Below are positions 20,381 to 31,100 of a DNA stretch of 64,000 bases, piece by piece. The position numbers and the translations under genes were made by a program. Under the pieces are notes generated by a model that saw only the letters and a list, made by a program, of their open reading frames with translations, was not told where the DNA came from and made no database searches. The stretch is from a candidate division FCPU426 bacterium (GTDB lineage Bacteria; Oederibacteriota; JAAXVQ01; JAUVAV01): assembly GCA_040756875.1 (NCBI GenBank), contig JBFLYH010000002.1, positions 991,078 to 1,055,077 on the forward strand, read 5' to 3'. The stretch's first letter is position 1. Each line of letters begins with the position of its first letter.

Positions 20381-22786
20381 GTGACCGGTATTTTCGTGTG
20401 GTGGTTGTTGATCACAATCATGGGGCTGGCTGTTGTCCCGATCGCGTTCCGGGTTTTTCCGTTTCTTCCTGACCGGGGATATGCGTTTTCCAAACCCTTG
20501 GGGCTGGTGCTGGTCGGGCTGCTGACCTGGTGGATCGGGCAGGTGCATTTTTCAGTCCTTACCATTCTCCTGGCATTCGGGCTGATCGCCGGCCTGTCGT
20601 ATTGGCTGTGGGTCCGCTCGGCCGCGGAGTTCCGTTCCCTGCTGTCCGAGCGGCTCGGGTTGATCGTGGCGGTGGAACTGTTTTTCGCGGTTCTCTTCCT
20701 CCTTTTCTGCTGGTTCCGCATGTACAACCCGGACATCATCGGCACCGAAAAATTCATGGACCTGGCGTTTCTCAATTCGCTCTCCCGCGCCACGTCGTTT
20801 CCGCCGCCGGACCCGTGGATGGCCGGCTCGAAATTTTTCATCAGCTACTATTATTTCGGCTACCTGCTCATGGCCATTCTGCTCCGCCTGTCGGCCGTGG
20901 CGCCGGCCGTGGGCTTCAATCTTTCCCTGGGCATGCTGTTCGCGCTCGCCGGGATCAGCACGTTCGGCGTGCTGTACAACCTCACGCGGCGCCTGAGCGC
21001 GGGCTTTGGCGGCTGGGCGCTGATCTACCTGATCGGCAATCTCGACGGGTTCAGGCAGGTGCTCGCCACCAAAAGCATCGCCAGCTTCAACTGGTGGACG
21101 CCGTCGCGCGTCATCCCCGACACCATCAACGAGTTTCCGTTTTTCTCCTTTCTCCTCGGGGACATGCATCCGCACATGCTGTCCATCCCCGTGGTCATGC
21201 TGACCCTGGGGTTCACGCTGAACCAGCTCAAATCCATGAACCGCGAGCCGAACTTCCGCGAGCCGGAGCAGCTTGCGACTACGCTGCTCTGGGGCCTGCT
21301 GATCGGGGCGCTGGGGTTCGCCAACAGCTGGGACCTGCCCACCACCTTCGGGCTGGCAGGGGCGGCGTTTCTGCTGCAGCAGTTGCGTTTCAAGCCGCGC
21401 CTGGCTGACCTGCCCTGGCGGCAGTGGGGGCTGGGCCTGGCGCTGATGCTGGGCGCCATGTTCGTGCCGTACCTGCCCTTTTATTTCCACTTCCACAGCC
21501 AGGCCAAAGGCCTTGCCTGGACCACGCAGAACACCCGGTTGGGGGATTTTCTGCTCCTCTTCGGCGTGTTCGCCTATCTCGGCCTGACCTTTCTCCTGGC
21601 CCGATACCATGCCTGGTTTTTGGCCGTGCTGTCCCGTCCGCAGGCCGCCTCCGGGGAAGGCAAGGCCGCCAAAGCCAAAGCCAGCCGTTTCTGCCCGCAG
21701 TGCGGGCATACGCTGCGCGAAGGCAAGCGCATTTGCGGCCAATGCGGGTACCAGACGGCGGGCGGAGGGTCTGAACAGGAATCTTCGCTCCTGTTGCGGC
21801 CCGTGGAAGAAACGCCGGAATGGCTGCGCGGGCTGTTCCTGTTCCTGCTGCAGCCCGTGGCGCGCTGGCGCCAGGGCCGGGGCGCGGCCCTGATCACAGC
21901 CGGCGTGCTCGCGGCGGCGGTCGGCGGCGCGCTGGTGAAAGGCCTCTTTTTCTCCACGCCGGGCAATCCCGCGCCCGTGTTCCTCGGCATCATGATTTTC
22001 GCGCTGGCGGCCGCCACCCTGCTGCTGTTCGCCCGCGTGGACAAGCCGGAGACAGTGTTCGCCCTGCTGCTGCTGGCCACGGCCCTGGCGCTGTTCATGG
22101 GCTGTGAAGTGCTGCATATCAACGACACCTTCAATCCGCCGCTGGACAGGATGAACACGGTTTTCAAGTTTTACTACCAGGCCTGGTTCCTGCTGGGCAT
22201 CGCCGGCGTCTACGGCGTTTTCTGGACCTGGAAGTATTCGCTGCGCCACGCGAACCTCAAGGTGGTCTGGCTGTCGGGCCTGGCCCTGCTGCTGGCCGCG
22301 AGCCTGGTTTATCCTTACGCGGCCGCGGGCGTCAAGACCAACCGGTTTGCCACCCTCCCGACCCTGGACGGCTCGGCATACCTGAATCAGGCGTACCCGG
22401 CCGACCGCGCGGGCATCGAATGGCTGCGCCGTTCGGTGGCCGGCAATCCCGTGGTGCTGGAAGCCACGGGCGGCGAATATACGGATTTTGCCCGCGTGTC
22501 CACGTTCACGGGCCTGCCCACGGTCCTGGGCTGGGCCGGCCACGAACTGCAGTGGCGCGGGAACTACGACGAACCCGGCCGGCGGATTCCGGACATCGAC
22601 ACGCTCTACGGCTCTTCGGACGTGGCGGCCACTCAGGCCCTGCTGGACAAATACCAGATTACTTACGTTTTTGTCGGCACCCTGGAGCGGCAAAAATACC
22701 CGGAAGAAGCGCTGGCGAAATTCACCCAGTTGATGGACGTGGCGTTCGAACACCCCGGCGGCGTGCGGATCTACCGCCGGCGGTGA
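20381..22786 (+). CDS. DUF2298 / Chlor_Arch_YYY membrane protein (GT-C-like) with inserted zinc ribbon
   Basis: GTEKFMD.AFLN, PP.DPW.AG, YYYFGY, SRVIP.TINEFPFFSFLLGDMHPH, NSWD, RMNTVFKFYYQAW, TGLPTVLGW.GHE.QWR. Confidence 0.9.
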   Translation: MTGIFVWWLLITIMGLAVVPIAFRVFPFLPDRGYAFSKPLGLVLVGLLTWWIGQVHFSVLTILLAFGLIAGLSYWLWVRSAAEFRSLLSERLGLIVAVELFFAVLFLLFCWFRMYNPDIIGTEKFMDLAFLNSLSRATSFPPPDPWMAGSKFFISYYYFGYLLMAILLRLSAVAPAVGFNLSLGMLFALAGISTFGVLYNLTRRLSAGFGGWALIYLIGNLDGFRQVLATKSIASFNWWTPSRVIPDTINEFPFFSFLLGDMHPHMLSIPVVMLTLGFTLNQLKSMNREPNFREPEQLATTLLWGLLIGALGFANSWDLPTTFGLAGAAFLLQQLRFKPRLADLPWRQWGLGLALMLGAMFVPYLPFYFHFHSQAKGLAWTTQNTRLGDFLLLFGVFAYLGLTFLLARYHAWFLAVLSRPQAASGEGKAAKAKASRFCPQCGHTLREGKRICGQCGYQTAGGGSEQESSLLLRPVEETPEWLRGLFLFLLQPVARWRQGRGAALITAGVLAAAVGGALVKGLFFSTPGNPAPVFLGIMIFALAAATLLLFARVDKPETVFALLLLATALALFMGCEVLHINDTFNPPLDRMNTVFKFYYQAWFLLGIAGVYGVFWTWKYSLRHANLKVVWLSGLALLLAASLVYPYAAAGVKTNRFATLPTLDGSAYLNQAYPADRAGIEWLRRSVAGNPVVLEATGGEYTDFARVSTFTGLPTVLGWAGHELQWRGNYDEPGRRIPDIDTLYGSSDVAATQALLDKYQITYVFVGTLERQKYPEEALAKFTQLMDVAFEHPGGVRIYRRR

Positions 22787-22870
22787 TCGCTGTGTATTGC
22801 CCCGGTGAGGAGCTCTCCGGGGTGACGTTGCCGGAACGACAAATTGAGTGAATATCGAAGGAGGCTCGGC

Positions 22871-24859
22871 GTGAACTGCCCGAACTGCGGCGCGGAAAAC
22901 CCCGCCACCAACCTGTTCTGCGACTCGTGCGGGACCAAGCTGGTCAAACGAGACGCAGAAAAGCAGAAGAAAAAGCACATTCCCGAAGGGAGGGGCGTTC
23001 AGGTGAACACCCCTGCTCAAACCAAATCCTACCTGCCGGCCGAACCCGTAAAGCCGGCGTTGTCCCTGACCGCCGTTCCGCTCGAAACCCTGGCCTGGGC
23101 CGTGGTCTTCGCGGTGGGCGCCTGGCTGCTGTTTTTCCAACTGGGCATGAAGCCCCTCCACCACGACGAGAGCCTGCACGCCTATTACGCCTGGGAGCTG
23201 TTCAAGGGCATGGGCTACAAGTACAACCCCATGATGCACGGCCCCTTCCTGTTCCACGCCAATGCCCTCATGTATTTCCTGTTCGGCGCCTCGGATTACA
23301 CCTGCCGCATCATGCCCGCGCTCGCGGGCCTGACGGTGCTGGTGGTCACGTACTTCCTGCGCCCCTATCTGGGCCGGACCGGCGCCCTGTTCACGGCGGC
23401 CATCATCGCCCTGTCGCCGTCCTTTACGTACTTCGGCCGGTTCATCCGCAACGACATTTACATTGCCGCGGATTCCATGCTCATGATTTACGGTTTTTTC
23501 CGCTATCTGGACACGCGCAAGCCCCGCTTTCTCTACCTGGCCGCCGTCGGCCTGGGCCTGGCGTTTTGCACCAAGGAAGTCACCTACATCAACGGCGCGA
23601 TTTTCGTGACGTTCATGTTTTTCCGCTGGCTGTGGGAGTACACCATGCGCCCCGGCGCGGGCGAGAGCCGCTTCCTGCCGGCGCTGCAGGACCTGCTTAA
23701 ACAGAGGAAGCCGCTGTGGGTTTCAGCCGGCATATTCTTCGGCCTGGTGCTCGTGCTCTACACCACCGTGTTCACCAACCCCAAGGGCTTCCTGGACGCG
23801 TTCACCGCTTCGCTGACCTATTGGCTGGGGCAGCACGAGGTGCAGCGCGGCAGCCAGCCGGTCTACTTCTACGCCGGGTTGATCCCCCTGTACGAAACCC
23901 TGACCACCCTGGGCGCGATCGGCGCCCTGGTTTACTACAGCTTCCTCAAGGACCGGGCCCACCGCGTCTGGCGCCTGTCCGCCTACCTGATCCTGGCCGC
24001 GGCCTGGTGGCTGTTCGCCTCGCAGGGCAACGAGACCTTCGGCCTGATATTCTCGCTGCTGCTCGTCACGCTGGGCGTGGGTATGCTGGCGTATTTTTCG
24101 TTCGCCGAGGGCAATACGTTCGTCACGTTCCTGCAGTTGTGGACCCTGGCGGCTTTTTCGGATTATTCCTTCGCGGGCGAGCGCATGCCCTGGCTGATCC
24201 TCCACCCCCTGCTGCCCATGACGCTTTTGACCGGGTTTTGGCTGGGGGAACTGTGGAACCGCTTCCAGCGCCAGCGGGCCTGGCTGCTCGCCGTCTTTAC
24301 CGCGGGCGCCGTGCTCATGCTGCACAACGCCAGCCTGGTGAACTTCTACGGCGGCGGGGCGAACCCCGCGGAGCTCCTGGTGTACGTGCAGTCCTCGACC
24401 GACGTCAAGCAGGTGGTGCGGCAGCTCACCAATATGTCCAAGCGCCTGACCGGCGGGCTGGAGATGAAGATCACCTGCGAGGATTACTGCTCCTGGCCTT
24501 TCGCCTGGTACCTGCGCGATTTCAAGTTCGTGGGGTATCCCAAGTTTACGGCCACCCAGTCGCCGGGCTCGATCGAGGAAAACCCCGTGATCATCACCGG
24601 CGTGGAAATGGCCGCGCCCGGGCACGATGACCGCGTGGCCGAGCTCCTGGCGGAGAAGTACGTGGCCCAGCGCTACAAATTGCGCGTGTGGTGGGCCCCG
24701 GACAGCCGCGCGTTTTTTGACGACACCTTCGGCGGAAAACTGAAGAAGATCTGGAAATTGGTGGTGTACAAGGAGCCGTGGAGCGGGCTCGGGTCCTACG
24801 ACATGATCGTGTACGTGCGCAAGGACCTGGCCCATTTGTACTGGAGCCACGCGGAGTAA
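22871..24859 (+). CDS. TIGR03663 / Agl23-like GT-C membrane protein with N-terminal zinc ribbon
   Basis: SD AAGGAGG before GTG; CPNCG...CDSCG; LHHDESLHAY, YKYNPMMHGP, RFIRND, TKE, E.MPWL..H, LVYVQSS, WP..WYLR. Confidence 0.88.
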   Translation: MNCPNCGAENPATNLFCDSCGTKLVKRDAEKQKKKHIPEGRGVQVNTPAQTKSYLPAEPVKPALSLTAVPLETLAWAVVFAVGAWLLFFQLGMKPLHHDESLHAYYAWELFKGMGYKYNPMMHGPFLFHANALMYFLFGASDYTCRIMPALAGLTVLVVTYFLRPYLGRTGALFTAAIIALSPSFTYFGRFIRNDIYIAADSMLMIYGFFRYLDTRKPRFLYLAAVGLGLAFCTKEVTYINGAIFVTFMFFRWLWEYTMRPGAGESRFLPALQDLLKQRKPLWVSAGIFFGLVLVLYTTVFTNPKGFLDAFTASLTYWLGQHEVQRGSQPVYFYAGLIPLYETLTTLGAIGALVYYSFLKDRAHRVWRLSAYLILAAAWWLFASQGNETFGLIFSLLLVTLGVGMLAYFSFAEGNTFVTFLQLWTLAAFSDYSFAGERMPWLILHPLLPMTLLTGFWLGELWNRFQRQRAWLLAVFTAGAVLMLHNASLVNFYGGGANPAELLVYVQSSTDVKQVVRQLTNMSKRLTGGLEMKITCEDYCSWPFAWYLRDFKFVGYPKFTATQSPGSIEENPVIITGVEMAAPGHDDRVAELLAEKYVAQRYKLRVWWAPDSRAFFDDTFGGKLKKIWKLVVYKEPWSGLGSYDMIVYVRKDLAHLYWSHAE

Positions 24860-24866
24860 AACGACA

Positions 24867-24888
24867 CCCTCCCCTTTGAGGGGGAGGG
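24867..24888. repeat. CCCTCCCC/GGGGAGGG palindromic repeat (family seen several times in window)
   Basis: Intergenic hairpin CCCTCCCCTTTGAGGGGGAGGG. Confidence 0.55.
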
Positions 24889-24915
24889 GGAAAAATAAAG
24901 ACGGAGGAAAGAAAC

Positions 24916-25872
24916 ATGCGTCAGCAGGAAAAAGTTGCGGCGATTGTGTTGGGTGCCAGCGTCGTGGTTTTGGCGGTCGCCATTTTCTTCGGTTTGCAGC
25001 GCGGCCGCGACGGCAACGCCAAACCCGGCGGCCAGGCCAACCCCATGGCCGGCGGCGACCGGGGCAAGGCGTCCGGGCAGTTGTGGGACCCGCGCGGTGT
25101 GGCCGTGGACGCCAAGGGCTTCGTGTACGTGGTGGATTCGAGCAACCACCGCATCCAGAAGTTCGACGCCGAAGGCAAGTTCGTGGCCAAGTGGGGGCAG
25201 GAAGGGCAGGGCGACGGCGAGTTCAAGACGCCGGGCGGCATCGACGTGGGGCCGGACGGGAACGTGTACGTGGCGGACACCTGGAACCACCGGATACAAA
25301 AGTTCGACAACCGGGGCAAGTTCCTCAAGCAGTGGCCGGGCGAGGGCGGGTTCTGGGGGCCGCGTGACGTAGCCGTGGATTCCAAAGGCTTCGTGTACGT
25401 GACGGACACGGGCAACCGCCGCATCCAGAAGTTCACCGGCGACGGCCAGTTCGTCAAGATGTGGGGGCAGAAAGGCTCGGGCCCCAACGACTACGACGAG
25501 CCCTTCGGCATTAAAGCCGACGACAAGGATTTGCTGTATATCTGCGACCGCCTCAATTTCCGCATTCAGGTCTGCGACACCGAGGGGCGCCTGGTCCGTT
25601 CCTGGCCCGTGGACGGCTGGCAGAAGGAACAGTTCTTCATGGAGCCCTACCTCTCCATCGACAACCGCCGCGACCGGGTGTACGTGACCGACCCGACCAA
25701 GCACCGCGTGCTGGTGTACGACCGCCAGGGCGGATTCAAGCAGCACCTGCTGCAGGACCCGGCCACCCAGCAGGCGTTTTCCACGCCCCTGGGCGTGGCG
25801 GTGAACGAGGAAACCGGCATGATTTATATCACGGATATGACGGCCAACCGGCTGTATAAAATCCAGCCTTAG
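24916..25872 (+). CDS. Membrane-anchored NHL-repeat beta-propeller protein
   Basis: N-terminal TM; repeated P.GVAVD..G.VYV.D..N.RIQKF units. Confidence 0.92.
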   Translation: MRQQEKVAAIVLGASVVVLAVAIFFGLQRGRDGNAKPGGQANPMAGGDRGKASGQLWDPRGVAVDAKGFVYVVDSSNHRIQKFDAEGKFVAKWGQEGQGDGEFKTPGGIDVGPDGNVYVADTWNHRIQKFDNRGKFLKQWPGEGGFWGPRDVAVDSKGFVYVTDTGNRRIQKFTGDGQFVKMWGQKGSGPNDYDEPFGIKADDKDLLYICDRLNFRIQVCDTEGRLVRSWPVDGWQKEQFFMEPYLSIDNRRDRVYVTDPTKHRVLVYDRQGGFKQHLLQDPATQQAFSTPLGVAVNEETGMIYITDMTANRLYKIQP

Positions 25873-25877
25873 GAGGG

Positions 25878-26996
25878 ATGAACATGGCCACCAAACGCAA
25901 ACCAAGCCGGACGCAAACCAAGCCGGCGGCGCGCAAATCCGCGGCGGCGCGCAAGCCTGCTGGCGCCGCACTCAAAACCAGCGCGGCCAAAGCCGCCGCC
26001 GGACGCAAACCCGCCCACCGCGAAAGCCATAAAACCGCCTCCGGCGGCAACCGCGGCCTGGTGTTTTTCGGCGCGATCGCCGTGCTGGTCGTGGCCATGG
26101 CCGTGGTCGCAAAACTCAGGCAGGGGCCGCCGGTGAAGCTCCTGCCCGCGGAGGTGCTGGGCACTTACACCGCGGCGGACAACGCCGCCGGCGCCCTGTC
26201 GTCGCCGCGCGGGATCGCCGTGACGCGTGAAGGGGAAGTGGTGGTGGCTGATCTGGGCAACCACCGGATCGTGGCTTTTGCGCCGGACGGCAGCGTGGCC
26301 GACACCTGGGGCCGCAAGGGCACGGCCGCCGGCGAGTTCAACGAGCCGTCGGGCGTGGCCGTGGACAGCCGAGGCGACTTCTACGTGGCCGACACCTGGA
26401 ACGGACGCATCCAAAAATTCTCCCCCCGCGGCGAGTACTTCGGCGAAATCACCTCGAAAACCGGGAACTTCTATTCGCCGCGCAACGTGGCCGTGGACAG
26501 CCATGGGTTCGTGTACGTGGCGGACACGGGCAATTCCTGCGTGAAGAAATTCGACACGGACGCCAACCTGGTGAAACGCTGGGGCGAATACGGCTCCGGG
26601 CACGACCGGTTCCAGGAAACCTTCGGCCTGGCCGTGGACGCGGCCGGCCAGGTGTACGTGGGCGACGCGGGCAACCGCCGCATCAAAATTTACACCAGCG
26701 ACGGCAAGTTCCTGCGCGACCTGCGGGTCAAGGGCTGGCAGAGCGGGGTGGGCTGGCCCATGCTGGCGCTGGACGCGCAGGGCCGGGTTTACGCCACGGA
26801 CGTGCAGCACAACATGGTATGGATTTACAGCCGCGAGGGCAAGTACCTGGGGAGCTTCGGCAACCAGCCGGGCAAGGAGCTGTTCTCCTCGCCGCTGGGG
26901 ATCGCCATCGGGCCGGACGGCAGCGTGTACGTGTCGAACATGAACCGCGGCGAGATTCTGAAACTCAAAGGCTTGGCCCCGGAGCCGCCGAAATAG
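25878..26996 (+). CDS. NHL-repeat protein with Lys/Ala-rich N-terminal tail and TM anchor
   Basis: ATKRKPSRTQTKPAARKSAAARKP tail, TM, six NHL repeats (VADTWNGRIQKF etc.). Confidence 0.92.
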   Translation: MNMATKRKPSRTQTKPAARKSAAARKPAGAALKTSAAKAAAGRKPAHRESHKTASGGNRGLVFFGAIAVLVVAMAVVAKLRQGPPVKLLPAEVLGTYTAADNAAGALSSPRGIAVTREGEVVVADLGNHRIVAFAPDGSVADTWGRKGTAAGEFNEPSGVAVDSRGDFYVADTWNGRIQKFSPRGEYFGEITSKTGNFYSPRNVAVDSHGFVYVADTGNSCVKKFDTDANLVKRWGEYGSGHDRFQETFGLAVDAAGQVYVGDAGNRRIKIYTSDGKFLRDLRVKGWQSGVGWPMLALDAQGRVYATDVQHNMVWIYSREGKYLGSFGNQPGKELFSSPLGIAIGPDGSVYVSNMNRGEILKLKGLAPEPPK

Positions 26997-27044
26997 GGCG
27001 CGCCCGGGCATCGTGGTCATCCCCGAGGGATGAGGAGGGACGGC

Positions 27045-28091
27045 ATGGCAACAGCAAGCGACAAACGGAAGCCGAAAAAGACAGCGGCCCAGGGAAGCAA
27101 AGCGGCCACCCGGGCCAGACAGGCCAAAAGCCAGGCGGCGATTCCCGCCCCGGTTGCGGCCTCCGCGCCCGCGGCGCCGCCCCGGGCTGCCAAACCGGGC
27201 TTGCCGCACGGAATCATTCTGGGCGTTTTGCTGGCCCTGGTGGTTTTGGTCAGCGTGGAGGTCGTGATCCTCATGAAGGACAAGGCGGACCGGAAGCGCA
27301 TTCTGCGCGTGGTGGAAGTGGTGCCGGAACGCGGCGGGCCGCCGGACATGCCGGGCAAGTTCTGGGGGCCGTACCAGGTCAAGGTCAACGAACAGGCGGG
27401 CCGCTTGGCCCTGGTCGACCACGCGTTCAACAAGGTCGTGCTGTGGGACCTGGCCACCAAGAAGCACGTGGTCGACGTCAACGCCGCCTTGCTGGGACGG
27501 GAGCAGTTCGTTCCAAAGGACGTCGATGTGGCCGATGACGGCGACTATTACATCCTCGACCACTCTGACATGACGGTCAAACGGTTCTCGGCCCAGAACC
27601 AGCTGGTCCAGCAGTGGAAGATTCCGGAGAGCGTCAGCCTGACGGCCGGCAAGGACCGCGATGTGTACGTGCTGGACGGCAGGGCCCAGGAGATCGTCCA
27701 TTATCAAAACGACGGCACCGAACTCGGGCGTTTCGGCAAGGGTAAGTTGAAAAACGGCCTGTTGATGGACACGGATGAGGCCGGCAACATCTACGTGGTG
27801 GATTCCGGCTACAACGGCATGGTGGTTTTCTCGAAGGCGGGCAAGCACCTGTATTCCTGGCCGATCAAGGAAGTGAAGCCCTTGCAGATGTCGCGCATGG
27901 CGGCGGTCAACAACCAAGTGTATTTCTACGACCTGGTCAACAACAACGGGATCATCAGAGTGTACACCCCCAAAGGCCGCCTGGCGTGGGATATCGGCCC
28001 GCAGCGCACAGAATCATTTGACGTCGGCCGCTCGGGGACGGTGTACATGTCCGGCAACGACGGCATCGTCATTCAGCAAATCGAGAAGTGA
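27045..28091 (+). CDS. Divergent NHL-like beta-propeller with basic N-terminal tail and TM anchor
   Basis: SD GAGGAGG; KRKPKKTAA tail; TM; degenerate repeats (D..GNIYVVD). Confidence 0.8.
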   Translation: MATASDKRKPKKTAAQGSKAATRARQAKSQAAIPAPVAASAPAAPPRAAKPGLPHGIILGVLLALVVLVSVEVVILMKDKADRKRILRVVEVVPERGGPPDMPGKFWGPYQVKVNEQAGRLALVDHAFNKVVLWDLATKKHVVDVNAALLGREQFVPKDVDVADDGDYYILDHSDMTVKRFSAQNQLVQQWKIPESVSLTAGKDRDVYVLDGRAQEIVHYQNDGTELGRFGKGKLKNGLLMDTDEAGNIYVVDSGYNGMVVFSKAGKHLYSWPIKEVKPLQMSRMAAVNNQVYFYDLVNNNGIIRVYTPKGRLAWDIGPQRTESFDVGRSGTVYMSGNDGIVIQQIEK

Positions 28092-28105
28092 GGCCCAGGT
28101 AGCCA

Positions 28106-31100
28106 GTGGCGGATAAAATCAAAGCGGCCTTCGAGGCCTTGAAAAAAAGCGGAATCAATGTTTCTTTGCGGTTCGTGTGGCTGGCGCTGGCCGTCGGGCT
28201 GATTGGCCTGGGCCAGGTCAATTTCTTCTCGCGCAATCTGGCCGCGGGCATGGGTCTGACCCTGCTGGGCGCCGTCGTGCTCCTGCTGGCGGCGGGCGAG
28301 AGCGGCAAACAGGCCGCCCTCCTGCAGCGGGCGGGGAAGTGGTTTGGCCGGGCGGCTGAGCGCTTTTCCGCGTTCGCCCGCGCGCGCCAAAAGGCCGAGG
28401 ATCTCGCCACCGGAACCGCCGGCCAGCCGGCCGCCAAGACGAATTGGAAACCGCTGAAAACCCAGTTCGAGGAAACCCGGCGCTCCTGGCTGGCCTTTGC
28501 CGAGGAAACCACGTTCACGGCGCCGAAGAACCTGGTCATGATCCTCGGCATTCTCTTGATTCTGGCCGGCCAGCCCTTCCTCGTCGCCGAGAAGTTCGTC
28601 CTGGCCCTGATCCTCATCATTCCCGGCTTGTACCTGCTGGTCAACGTCATTTTCGCCCCCCAGGAACGGTACGTCATCGGCCGGCTCGACCACATCATCC
28701 GGACCGTTTTATTCCTGATTCCGGGCGTGGGCTTGATCATCCTGGGATGCATGATTCATTTCCAGGCGGTCAGCCTGAGCCTCCCCCGCGAAGCCCTGGG
28801 CTTGGGGCTGAACGCGCTCGGCATTTTCATCATCTTCTCCCTGTTTCCGAGGATCATCCCCGATTCGTTCCCTGAGTCAGGCGATCCGGTGGATCAGGTG
28901 ACCGGCCGGGCCGCGAACCGGACGCAGGTATTCATGAAAATCGGACTGGTGGCCCTGGCCCTGGTGTTTTTCCTGGCTTCCAAGCATTATGCCAACCCGG
29001 CTACCCTGAACCTTTCCGCGCTGATGGCCCTTCTGTTTCTCACGGCGATGAGCCTGTCTTTTCCCTGGAGCGCCGAACCTCGCGACCAAACCAGCGGCGA
29101 AAACATCGTCCTGAAATGGCTGGTGAAATACCTGCGCCTGGCGGCTTTCGGCCTGGGCCTGTATTGGGCCTACCGCGGGCAGGTGCTGATCTCGCACGAA
29201 CAGCTTTATCCGGGGCTGTACCGGTTCCTGGCCGCGGCCATCGCCATGTGGATCGCCCTGCGCGAACCGGACCCCAAGTACGTGGATGAATTGAAGGAAA
29301 AGCCCCTGGCCTGGTACTGGGAGGCGCTGGCCCTGGTGGCCATCCTGTCGGCCGCCACCTGGGTCCGTGTCCATCTCCTGAAGGACATACCTTACGGGAT
29401 CGAGTGCGACGAGGCGGGCGCCGGCGCGCACGCCGTCGATGTTTTGCAGAACCACTTCAGTTCGCTGACGATCCATCCCAGCGGACGCCCGCTGTTCATG
29501 CTGCTGGACAAAGTGGTCACCATCCGCTTCTTCGGCATCGACAACATCGGGATGAAGCTGGGCGCAGCCATCTGGGGGACCGCGGGCGTTTTCTGCGTTT
29601 ATCTCATGACCCGGTTTTTGTTCGGCACGCGCGCGGCCCTGGCCACGGCAGCCCTGATGGCCTGCTCGCGCTGGCACATCCATTTTTCGCGCTACGGCTG
29701 GGCGAACACCCTGATGCTGGTGCTCCAGATCACGGGATTCTATTTCATCGCCAAGGGCATCCAGACGCGGAACAAATGGTTCTTTTTTCTCGCGGGCGTG
29801 GGCCTGACCCTGTCCATCCACACCGAGACCGCGGCGCGCATGGTGCCCTTCATGTGCCTGGGCCTGCTGGTGTACTTCGTCCTGTTTTACAAGCGGTTTT
29901 TCCGGCGCAATTGGCAGACCCTGCTGGTGTTCCTGCTCGGGGTGTGGCTGGCCGGCGCCAGCCTGTTCCTGTTTTGGGTGAAGCAGCCGCGCTACCTGTT
30001 CAACCGCGTGTACGAAGTGTCGGTGTTTTCCGGCGACGCCAACGCGCCTCGGAACCTGGTCAAGGGGCTGGTCGAAAGCACCAAGCTCAGCCTCACGCAG
30101 ATGAACTGGCACGGGGACACCCGGACCCGCCACAACGGCGGCCTTTCGGGCGAGCCGGTGCTCGATTTCTGGTCGGCCATCCTCTTCGCCCTGGGGTTCG
30201 GCTTTTCGCTGTATTACTGGAGGCGGTTCCGATACACCATACTGCTAATGTGGTTTTTCGGGTCCATGGCCGCCTCGATCTTCGCCCTGGAGGCGCCGCA
30301 ATCCCACCGGGCCTTTGGCGCGCTTCCGCCGATTTTCATGCTGATGGGCGCGTTCATCGACCGCTCCCGCAGGCTGCTGCGGGAGACGCTGGGCAAGCCC
30401 GGCACCCTGGCCGGCGGCCTGGTGCTCCTGCTGCTCCTGGTTCCCATCGCCAAGATCAATTACAAAAAATACTTCGACGCGTATCCGGGGTTCGACACGG
30501 CCTGCACGGCCGCGGCCAAGTACATGGGGCGCGTCTGGCCGAAGGCGGAGCAGGTCATCATGTCCGCTTATTTGTGGATCGGCCATCCGCCCTTCGAGCT
30601 GTACGCCCGCGGGATATCCGGCCACTTTTACTTTGCGGCCTCCGAAGCGGTTCCGTTCCGCCAGCAGACCGACCGGGATGTGAATTACACCCTGATCCTG
30701 GAATATCCGGAGATCATGCCGACCATCCAATGGTACTATCCGGAAGGCGAATATTCCGAGGAGACGCACGTCCGCTACGGGCTGCAGTACCGCGGCTGGG
30801 GCGTGAAACACGAGATCATCCAAAAATACCGCGGCCTGAACGCTTCGTACTGGTCGAATCCCTATTGGGCCGGGGAGCCGAAACTGCGGCGCAAGGACGC
30901 GGATTTGAACCTGACCTTCGACCAGACCACCTGGCCCTGGAACGGCCCGGGGTCGGTGAAATGGGAAGGGACCGTGTTCATCCCCCGCGAAGGGAAGTAC
31001 GTTTTCTACCTGTACGGCACCAATGAGGTCGAAGTCAAGGTCGGCTCCCAGGTGCACCTCCGCGCCGGCAACAAGCAGGAACAAACCTACGAAACGTATA

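Noticed and set aside
20552-23257. 901-aa minus-strand ORF (and similar long antisense ORFs at 25869-27917, 59493-61262, 62184-63824, 6591-7895)
   Set aside because: Shadow frames of well-supported genes in GC-rich DNA; no motifs of their own.
25081-26960. Repeated DNA motifs (GTGGCCGTGGAC, GTGTACGTG, ATCCAGAAGTTC) that might suggest a CRISPR or tandem array
   Set aside because: They are coding NHL repeats; degenerate, with no constant repeat-spacer structure and no cas genes.
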